A stretch of 64,000 nucleotides of DNA, taken from Thecamonas trahens ATCC 50062. Lineage: Eukaryota; Protista; Apusomonadida. The stretch is taken from assembly GCF_000142905.1 (NCBI RefSeq), contig NW_013657619.1, forward strand, positions 131,173 through 195,172, given 5' to 3'. This document shows positions 56,071 through 64,000 of this stretch, piece by piece. The position numbers were made by a program, and so were the translations under genes. Numbering within the stretch: position 1 is the first letter of the stretch; the number at the start of each line of letters is the position of its first letter. The notes beneath the pieces are model-generated. The model was not told the DNA's origin and ran no database searches. It worked only from the letters and a program-made list of their open reading frames with translations.

Positions 56071-56839
56071 ATGGCTCGATACGAGGCGACGTACGGCGAC
56101 GGGTCGTTCCAGGTCTCCGGCAGCTTGCATCGGATGCTCTCGCAGGCCACGCCCCTGTACGAGTACCTCACAGGCCGCAAGGCGCCTGCGGTGGTGGTAC
56201 GTTCCCCAAACCCTGTCGGCTTGACCATGCCATGGCCTCGCTGTGGCTGGGAGTGAGTCCGTTGGCAGCCGTTTGGCAACCAACGGTCTTTTGGCCGACG
56301 CACGCGTGGCGAGCTCGACGCAGCCGAGCAGCACCACTGGCCGGGTGTGTGGCTGTTGGTGGATTCGGCAGGAGTGGCTCACAGAGAGTGTTGCCGTGGA
56401 GATGGTGTAGGTGCCGGCAGAGATGGATCCGCGCGATGTGGTGGCCTCGAGGCGGTCACACGGCCTCTTTGCCCACTCGGTCCGCATGCCCTCGCGCCAC
56501 GGCGAGACCGAGGGTCGCTATCCGTGGACCCTCCCGCGCGAGGTCGAGGAGGAGTTGGAGCGATCGGCATCGGGGCTGCTGGAGATAGCCGACGATAATG
56601 GCGAGTATGACGAGGATAACGACGAGTGTGGATCGGGGTATGATGCAGCTGACGGTGCCGATGAGACCCGTCAGGCCGGCGCAGATGCCGATGCAAGCGC
56701 AGACAAGGCTGAGAGCGAGTTTGCCAACACTCGCAAGCCCGCATGGGCTGCACGCTCGCAGTTCCGCCCAGCCTCGCAGATCACCTTTACCAACCGCGGC
56801 CCGTACGGCAACACCTACGACATTTCTATGTACATGTAG
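56071..56839 (+). CDS. Hypothetical acidic protein, 2 exons (56071-56196, 56411-56839)
   Basis: accATGg start; GTACGT donor at 56197 and TAG acceptor at 56410 join the two ORFs in phase 0. Confidence 0.6.
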
Positions 56840-56986
56840 CCGATCAACACCCGCCGCCCCGCCGCACACAGATACCATCGTCAGGCGCAGGTATTGCCAC
56901 CGTTGCAGATGGCAACAGCTGCTGAAAGAGCTGATAAATACGCCAAGACCGAGCATTGAGCCCGTTCTCGCTTGCTTTGCCAAATC

Positions 56987-58065
56987 TCAAAGAAGTGTCA
57001 TGAGCAGCTCGAGCTCGTTGAACGTGCCGAGGATGATGGCAATGTGCCAAAGCTGGTGCGAGGCACCCCAGATGTCAAACAAGCCCGTGGGGATCCACCG
57101 CTCCGGCACCTTGTAGAGGAATGGCACCATACCGATGGCGTACCACTTTTGCACGTCCCACATGGCCTGGGCCGCTTGCGCAGCAACCGGCGCGTCGACC
57201 GCGTACAGCCGCCAAATAAGGGCCCACGAGAGCGCGGTAAGGAGCACCATGCCGACGTAGATGCGGTACTTGCGGTGCGGCTGGAGCACAAGCATGCTGA
57301 TAGTCCACACCAAGACTACCGTAACCACGCAGCCAAACGCCGCCACAAACATCAGATTCTCGGCCGAGACCAGGGTGGCAGCTGGAACAAGATCGCGCCC
57401 ACGATCCGCAGCGCCGAGCCAGGCCGGTGGCACAAAGAGACCGACGAGGGCAACAAGCTCCAGGCCGCCGATGTGGAAGAGCACGCCGATGTAGTCCCAC
57501 TGGCGGAAACGGAAGCACACGTCCGCTGAGTGGCACATAACCGCATGATACGCCGCCGAGAGGAGGAACTGCGAGGCAAAGGCAAAGATAAAGACGCCGA
57601 CCAGCGCGGCGTCCAGCCACGACAACGGGCCAACGTCACGGATGTGCGCCGCCAGTCGCAGTGCCAGCATCACTGCCACCACCACCGTCCCACCAGCATG
57701 CGTCCACACATTCATCGTCTGATTGTGGAGGTACCATACCGATCGCATGCACTGCGCCATGCTCGCGCACCCGAGCCGGTAGCCCGAGATCACAAACGGA
57801 TTAACCCTCACCCACAGCGGCGACTCGTCGTACGAGCCCAGCTCCACGCCGTCGAACAGCACCGTCCGTCCCGCCGAGTCCTTGTCTCCGCCAGCATCTG
57901 CAACTTCTCCCACAGACCCCCCCCCGTCCCCGATCCCGCCGCCGCTCCCCGCCGCCGATGCCGCACACCCGTCGCTCCGCTCGCCACGCCACAGCCTGTC
58001 GGACCCATCGCCCCCGCTCCGCCGGCCGTCGCCATGCCGCTCGCCGACTCGTCACCGGCCACCAT
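56987..58065 (-). CDS. PAQR/adiponectin-receptor-like (HlyIII family) 7TM protein; the N-terminus probably needs one extra base in the C9 run at 57917-57925
   Basis: NPFVISGYR, LHNQTMNVWTH, SAAYH..MCHS, DYIGV, KVPERWIP.GLFDIWGASHQLWHI; the nearest suitable ATGs (MVAGDES...) are in the adjacent frame. Confidence 0.88.
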
Positions 58066-59005
58066 GTCGGACAAGAAGGAGGTTGCCCCACGTCCTCGCC
58101 GCTCTTGTTCGGTGACAGAGTGAGGTGCCGGCATTAGACGGTGGAGCTGTAGACGCGTGCTTCCATGGCTGCGCCACGGCCAGACAATCGTGCGTCAGTC
58201 GCTGATCAGACCGATCGATTTGAGCCAACAACAGCTGCGTTGCGCCACTACATAGCCATCGATGCTGAGAGCCTCATCTCGTGGTGATGCCAAAGCGGGT
58301 GCACTTGATATGCAGAGGCTGTGGAAGAGGCTGTGTAATGCAAACTGATCGGATGTGATGGCGCCTGGGACGATGGAGAGGTTAGGGCGATGACAAGGTG
58401 AGGCGACGTGGCTAAGGGGATGAGGCAGCTGGCGAGCAGTGGCCGGGTGATGGAGACAAGGACAGCGAGCAATGTGACCTGGCCACGATCTCTGCATCAA
58501 CCCGACTGTTGCTCTTCCCTCCATCACAGCTTCATCGCGCCGTGGTAGGCGTTGTCCCCTGCGACGGCATCGCCTGGCTGAATGGGCGTGCGTCAGGCAG
58601 AGTGAGTCACCCCATGTCGGCCGTGCCAGCAGAGCTGTGTCCGCAGCGCCGTGTGTCAGCAGCAGGCAGCGAGGCAGAGGGGGAGAGAGCGAGGCCACAG
58701 TCTGGGCAACGCCTGACTTGTGCCTGGTGACCAGCATGTCTGGCCGTGTCGTGGGAATGTTCTGCATGCCGGCGCCGTGTGGTCTCGACGCGCTCTCCGT
58801 CGCGCCATGGACGGTGGTCGACTCGGTCGATGTGGAGCCGCGAGGGCCGACTGGTCCCCGCTTTGGGGCGGTCTTTGCGGTGGCTGGGCCTGGCGAGGCT
58901 GATGTGGCTGGGCCTGGGGCTAGTGCCGCCGATGTGGCTGGAGCTGACGAGGCTGGCGCGATTCTGCCAGCAGCGGCATGCCCTCTCTCCCGGCAGGGCA
59001 ACAAG

Positions 59006-62000
59006 ATGATGGAGACGACGATGGAAGGTACGACGATGGAAGGCGTCGTCTGGCTGCGCGGCCGGAAGAGAGTGTGGGCGAGGCGATGGGCGGTGCTGCA
59101 GGCAGATGGCGTGCTGGTTGTTGGCCCGCCACGCGCCGAGTCGAGCGAGGAGTCGTGCCTGCATGCAGCAGCGGTCAACGCTGGATGTCCACGTTCGGAC
59201 GATGATGACGAGCATGTGCGACTAGATTTGGCGGGGACAAGGGCAACGGTGTCGGGAAGGCATATCCGTCGCGGTGTCGGGCTTAAGATTGAGGGTGATT
59301 TGCCATTTGTGCAGGGCGCGACTGGAATGAGCGCGTCCATTGCGCACCTGGTTGTGCCTGACGACGAGTCGCGACAGGCATGGATTGCAGCGCTTAATGC
59401 TGCGGCAGCCGTGGCCGCCACTCGTTCCTCTGCGCCGACTCGCCTCCGCATTGTGCTGACCTTTACTGGGCCGCCGCCGGAGCGCCACGAGCTTGAGCCT
59501 GTGATGGTGGTCGACGCGCCCGGTGCCGCCCGCCAAGGCGTCGAGCTCGCCTGGCAGTGGGTCGCCGCCAACTACCTCGCCACCGCCCGGGCTGTCGGCC
59601 TCACGCTCTCGCCCGCCGAGGTTCGCCGCATTGCACTGGTCTTTTTTGGCAATCTCGCGCTGGCGTCGCAGCATCCAGACTTTGCGCTGCATGTATTGGC
59701 CAGCCCGACACCGGCACCAGCTGACGACGAAAGACCGGGACCAGCCCCAAGCCTTGCTGCAGCGCTTGCGTCCATCAAGCCGAGCGCGCCGCCAGCGCTG
59801 GCGCCGTCACCGCCAGCCGAGGCACTCGACGCATCGCAGTACTTGTTTCAGGCCATTTCGCTGGTCGACACGCTCACAAGCGCAAGTCCGAGCCCGAGCC
59901 CTGTGCCGAGTGCAGACGATGGTGATGATGGCGAGGCGGGATCGAGCTCGGGCGAGGCTGGAACCAGCGGGCTTGCCATTCTCAACACCTCTTTTGTCGC
60001 CCGCGGCATCTTTCTTGTCTCGTCATTTGTGGCGCGGCTGGTCTCCGGCCCGTCGCTCAAGCTCGGGGTGCTGCAGATGATGGCGCGCGCGACGCGCGAG
60101 GCCGGCATTTCGCTGCAGCCGATGCAGAGCCGCGAGCCGCGCGGCCCCAAGACCCGATGGCTTGTCGGCAACATCCCGGACATTCTCCCCGCCAAGGGCG
60201 CGGTCCATGCCGCGGCGCTCCTCACCTATGAGTACGGCAAGCTGACCAAGCTCGCGCTAGGCAAGGAGAAGTTGTATGTGGTTGCCGACGCCAATTATGT
60301 GCACCGGATCATGGCATCAGCCGAAAAGCGGTTTCCCAAGCAGGAGGTCATGGCACGGTCGCTGTTCATGGCCGACGGCGAGACGTGGGCGTCGTCGCGG
60401 CGGACGCTCCTACCGGCTTTTGGCACGCGGTCGATGAAGCACTTTGTGCCGGCGTTCCACGAGGCGACACTCTGCCTTGCGGCGTCGATGCGAGCGCTTG
60501 CGGTGGAGAGCCCCGGAACGGCGTTCAATTGCTTCGATGCGTTCAAGGAGCTCACGTTCCAGGTCATCTGTCGGTGCGGGTTCGACTACGACGCGTCGCG
60601 GGCCAACCCACATGCGGAGGCCTTTACCTCGGCGTTTGAGTTCATCATCCACCACCAGGTCACGCGCTCGTTCCAGTTCGGCTTTCTCAAGATCCTGCCG
60701 ACCTCGTCGAACCGGCGGTTTGCGGCAGCCAAGGCTTCGATTGAGACCGTCGTCGCCGACATCATGGCCCAGCGACTGGCGGAGCGTCCGGCCGGCGTTG
60801 CTCGCGGCGAGCTGCCGCCGTCGGCGTCGGAGCACGCCGACTTTCTGGCGTTTATGATGGATAACGCCGACCCAGAGACGGGTGACTTTATCTCGCACGA
60901 CATCATGCAGGAGCAGGTCATGGTCTTTCTTGCCGCCGGTCATGTCACCACCACGCTCCTCACCTCGTGGGCGCTCTTCTGTATCGCGCAGCATCCCGAG
61001 GTCGAAGCCAAGATCCTGGCCGAGCTGGCCGGGGTGCTTGGGCCGGACCCGGCGGCGCTGCCGTCGTTTGCGCAAATTGGCGAGATGCACTACCTGCTCA
61101 TGGTGCTGAAGGAGACGCTGCGGTTGTACCCGGCGGCTCAGTCGGTCATCCGCTACCACCCGGAGCCGTTTGTGGTTGGTGGCTACCGAGTTGCTGGCGG
61201 GAGCCACTCGATGACCGTTCCGTGGGTCATCCACCGCGACCCGGAGCTGTGGAGCCAGCCTGAGGCGTTCATCCCGGAGCGATTTGCGCCCGAGCGCGAG
61301 ACTCGCCGGCACCCGTTTGCGTGGATGCCGTTTGGCGGCGGCGACCGTGTGTGCATTGGCTCGCGCTTTGCGCTTCTCGAGGTCCGTGCCGTCGTTGCCG
61401 TTCTCCTCCGCAACTTTCACTTTGAGGTTCCCCCGGGTTTTGAAGTTGCAGCGTCGCGAAATCCGGTGGAGCCCGACGGCGGGCTGCTCCTGGTTCCGTC
61501 GCTCCGCGATTCGGCGGCAGCCGCGAGCCAGGGTGCGGCTCTGTACGACTCGCTTGCCAGTTTTGCTACCCACGATCCGGATGCGCTTGCCGATCACATT
61601 CCCAAGCACCTCGAGGTGGTGGCTAACGTCTGCGGTATGTCTGGTGAACAGCTGGCGGCGGCAGCGGCGGCGGCGCAGGAGAGCGTTGCAGCGGCAGCGG
61701 CGAGCCCAGAGCTAAGCGATGAGGTGATCCGGCTGGCGCCGAGCCTCAATGGTGTCGAGGGTGGCCTCGAACTGGTAATTGGTTACGGGTCGAACATGGG
61801 CACCTCGCGCGGCTTTGCGCAGACGATTGAGGCCGACGCAAGGCGACGGTACGGCAGCGCGCTGAGCAGGGTAGTGATCTCGCCGCTCGATGAGGTGCTG
61901 AGCTCTGGCGCGCTGGTGAGCAGCGAGCCCGACGCGACGAGCGTGCTGGTTGTTGTCACGTCGTCGTACAACGGTGAGCCGCCGGACAACGCGCGCGACT

Positions 62001-63619
62001 TTGTGGCGTGGCTCAGCGAGGCCAGTCCCGAGTCTGCCGGCCTCGGCTCGTGGTACACGGCAGTGTTTGGCTGCGGCAACACCCAGTGGGGCCATCGGTT
62101 CCAGGCTGTGCCAAAGAAGGTTGCCCACGAGCTGGAGCGGTTAGGAGTGAGCGCGATCTGCGAGCGTGGGGCTGGCGATGACGACACCTCGCTGGACATG
62201 GACTTTGAGGCGTGGTACACACTTTTTGTGCCGGCGCTCGACATGGCGTACGGCGTGGAGGCGGTTCCTTTGGTGTCCGCCGACGGTGCCGATGACATCG
62301 AGTCTGGCGACGAGCTTCCAGCGCTGGTTCTCGAGGCGGCTGGGCCACACGCCGAGGCGCTCTCGCTCGAGGCGCTGCACTCGTCCGACGGCGGGCGTCG
62401 GATGCGAGTGGTGGTCAACGACGAACTGCTCTCACCCGAGTATGTGCGCAAGACCGGGTTTTCGACCCGGCACATCGAAGTGATGATGAACAGCGGCGAG
62501 AATGACAAGTACGCGCCGGGCGACCACATCGGCGTGTTTCCGGCGAATCCCGAAGCTGCGGTGGTGCGGTTTGCGGTCCTCGCCGGGCTCTACGATGAGC
62601 TCGACGAGTTGGTGGTGGTGGGCGACGGTGGCTCGTCGTGGGACGTCCTGCAGCCGGGGACGGCGACTACAGCGAGGTTTGTGCTCACCCACGTGGTGGA
62701 TGTGTGTGGCGCGCCGCCGCGGATGCTGCTTCGCAAGCTCGCGCAGTTCTGCTCGGTAGCGAGCGAGCGGGCGACGCTGGAGATGCTCGGCTCGTCAACG
62801 GCCGAAGGCATGGCGGCGTACGATGAGCTTGTCCTCGGACGGCGGCTGACGGTGAGCGATGTACTGCGGCAGTTTCCAAGCGTGGCGGTGGCTGGCGCCA
62901 GCGTCTGGTTCTGCGGCCTGCTGCCCAAGCTCAAGCCGCGGCTGTACTCGATCTCGTCGGCACCGCAGGGCGGTCTTAACGAGGTTGTCTCACTCACAGT
63001 CGGGGTGGTCCGCGAGACAGCACCTGCCTTTGGCGGGTTGGCGTCCAACTATCTGGCGGAGCTTGCACCGGGGACCGAGCTGTGGGCCTTTACGCGTTCG
63101 TGCGATCCGCACTTTCGGGTTCCGGCTGCCGGAGAAGGCGGGTCGACAGACGGGGTGGCGATGGCGCTGGTTGGACCGGGCACCGGCTTTGCGCCGTTCC
63201 GCGGTTTCCTGCACGAAGTTGCGCGGCGGCCAGGGCCGCACACGCAGCACATGGTGTTCATCGGATGTCGCCAGGCCGGCGGTGACGAGCTGTACGCTGA
63301 CGAGCTGGACGGCTTTGAGGCTGCGGGCGTTGTGGGCACCGTTTCGCGGGCATACTCGCGCGAGCAGACGACAGTCTCGGGCTCGCGGATGTATGTGCAG
63401 GACCGAATGGCAGAAGCCGCGCGTCCGCTGTGGGAGAAGATTCTGTCTCCAGTAGCCGGCGGGCGTGTCTTTGTCTGCGGCGATGGGCGGCGGATGGCTA
63501 AGGACGTCCGGCGGGTTGTTGCCCGCATTGCCGAGGACGAGGGCGGTGTCACCGATGGCGTCGCATGGCTCGCCGACATGCAGGCCAGCGGGCGATATGT
63601 CGAGGATGTGTGGGGATAG
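59006..63619 (+). CDS. Self-sufficient cytochrome P450-NADPH:P450 reductase fusion (CYP102/CYP505-like) with N-terminal PH-like domain
   Basis: P450: AAGHVTT, ETLR, PERF, FGGGDRVCIG. FMN domain: YGSNMGTS, TSSYNGEPPDNA, VFGCGN.QW. FAD/NADPH domain: RLYSISS, GPGTGFAPFRGF, YVQD, VCGDG, RYVEDVWG. PH: EGVVWLRGRKRVWARRWAVL...ESRQAWIAALN. Confidence 0.92.
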   Translation: MMETTMEGTTMEGVVWLRGRKRVWARRWAVLQADGVLVVGPPRAESSEESCLHAAAVNAGCPRSDDDDEHVRLDLAGTRATVSGRHIRRGVGLKIEGDLPFVQGATGMSASIAHLVVPDDESRQAWIAALNAAAAVAATRSSAPTRLRIVLTFTGPPPERHELEPVMVVDAPGAARQGVELAWQWVAANYLATARAVGLTLSPAEVRRIALVFFGNLALASQHPDFALHVLASPTPAPADDERPGPAPSLAAALASIKPSAPPALAPSPPAEALDASQYLFQAISLVDTLTSASPSPSPVPSADDGDDGEAGSSSGEAGTSGLAILNTSFVARGIFLVSSFVARLVSGPSLKLGVLQMMARATREAGISLQPMQSREPRGPKTRWLVGNIPDILPAKGAVHAAALLTYEYGKLTKLALGKEKLYVVADANYVHRIMASAEKRFPKQEVMARSLFMADGETWASSRRTLLPAFGTRSMKHFVPAFHEATLCLAASMRALAVESPGTAFNCFDAFKELTFQVICRCGFDYDASRANPHAEAFTSAFEFIIHHQVTRSFQFGFLKILPTSSNRRFAAAKASIETVVADIMAQRLAERPAGVARGELPPSASEHADFLAFMMDNADPETGDFISHDIMQEQVMVFLAAGHVTTTLLTSWALFCIAQHPEVEAKILAELAGVLGPDPAALPSFAQIGEMHYLLMVLKETLRLYPAAQSVIRYHPEPFVVGGYRVAGGSHSMTVPWVIHRDPELWSQPEAFIPERFAPERETRRHPFAWMPFGGGDRVCIGSRFALLEVRAVVAVLLRNFHFEVPPGFEVAASRNPVEPDGGLLLVPSLRDSAAAASQGAALYDSLASFATHDPDALADHIPKHLEVVANVCGMSGEQLAAAAAAAQESVAAAAASPELSDEVIRLAPSLNGVEGGLELVIGYGSNMGTSRGFAQTIEADARRRYGSALSRVVISPLDEVLSSGALVSSEPDATSVLVVVTSSYNGEPPDNARDFVAWLSEASPESAGLGSWYTAVFGCGNTQWGHRFQAVPKKVAHELERLGVSAICERGAGDDDTSLDMDFEAWYTLFVPALDMAYGVEAVPLVSADGADDIESGDELPALVLEAAGPHAEALSLEALHSSDGGRRMRVVVNDELLSPEYVRKTGFSTRHIEVMMNSGENDKYAPGDHIGVFPANPEAAVVRFAVLAGLYDELDELVVVGDGGSSWDVLQPGTATTARFVLTHVVDVCGAPPRMLLRKLAQFCSVASERATLEMLGSSTAEGMAAYDELVLGRRLTVSDVLRQFPSVAVAGASVWFCGLLPKLKPRLYSISSAPQGGLNEVVSLTVGVVRETAPAFGGLASNYLAELAPGTELWAFTRSCDPHFRVPAAGEGGSTDGVAMALVGPGTGFAPFRGFLHEVARRPGPHTQHMVFIGCRQAGGDELYADELDGFEAAGVVGTVSRAYSREQTTVSGSRMYVQDRMAEAARPLWEKILSPVAGGRVFVCGDGRRMAKDVRRVVARIAEDEGGVTDGVAWLADMQASGRYVEDVWG

Positions 63620-64000
63620 GGCAGTGTAACACAGATCCCGGAGCGGGGATTCGCGTAGAGCAGGTGGCGGAGCAGGCGAGTGGGAGCGAGTCAGTTTGCC
63701 AGTCGGTCGCCGAGCCGCGGCAGCCACGTGGTGCGACGACGGCAACGGCACTTGACACCAACGACGACGACAGCAAGCATGGCAGCTGCACCCCAGGACG
63801 ATAACTTTGTGCGCGGGCTCGACTCGGACCTCCGCGAGAAGATGGCCGGGCGGTAGGTGGAGCAGGGGAAGGGGGGAGGGGGGGGGGGGGAGGAGGGGGG
63901 GAGGAGGGGGGGGAGGGGGGTGGTGGTGGACGGTTTTCTGGCGAAGGCCAGGCGCAGGTGGTGGGTGCGGGGATGGGTGTGTATGTGTGTGTGTGGGGGT

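Noticed and set aside
58637-59005. N-terminal extension of the P450 ORF from the GTG at 58637
   Set aside because: Non-ATG start and low-information sequence; the PH-like domain begins right after the ATG cluster at 59006-59036. An upstream spliced exon remains possible.

Overview
GC-rich, gene-dense, intron-poor eukaryotic DNA from a draft assembly with five N gaps, mostly flanked by G/C homopolymer tracts. BBSome and axonemal genes, an SH2 protein, few GT-AG introns and high GC point to a flagellated protist; an apusomonad such as Thecamonas is my best guess (inference only). About 28 protein-coding genes are supportable. Conserved housekeeping genes: mitochondrial bL21, RPL14, mitochondrial IleRS, a YchF/OLA1-family ATPase, SEH1 and DIS3. 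Ciliary genes: BBS7, BBS9, MYCBPAP-like and STPG1-like. Enzymes: a metallophosphoesterase, a GNAT, a SAM methyltransferase, an MDR oxidoreductase and a PAQR. Also present: a >4500-aa coiled-coil protein, a PB1+SH2 protein, a circularly permuted SLOG-like protein, a head-to-head SPFH/band-7 pair, two small SMP/LEA-like peptides, an F-box/ankyrin protein and a PH domain-P450-diflavin reductase fusion. Most notable: (1) the PH-P450-reductase fusion, whose I-helix lacks the catalytic acid; (2) the SLOG gene beside the divergent SPFH pair; (3) AATCG/ATCGAT-rich arrays at divergent promoter regions; (4) a duplicated, structured non-coding element between the GNAT and SEH1 genes; (5) five genes each broken by one missing base, most likely homopolymer sequencing errors. 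No rRNA, tRNA, CRISPR array or recognisable transposase was seen. All family calls come from motif recognition by eye; no database search was run.
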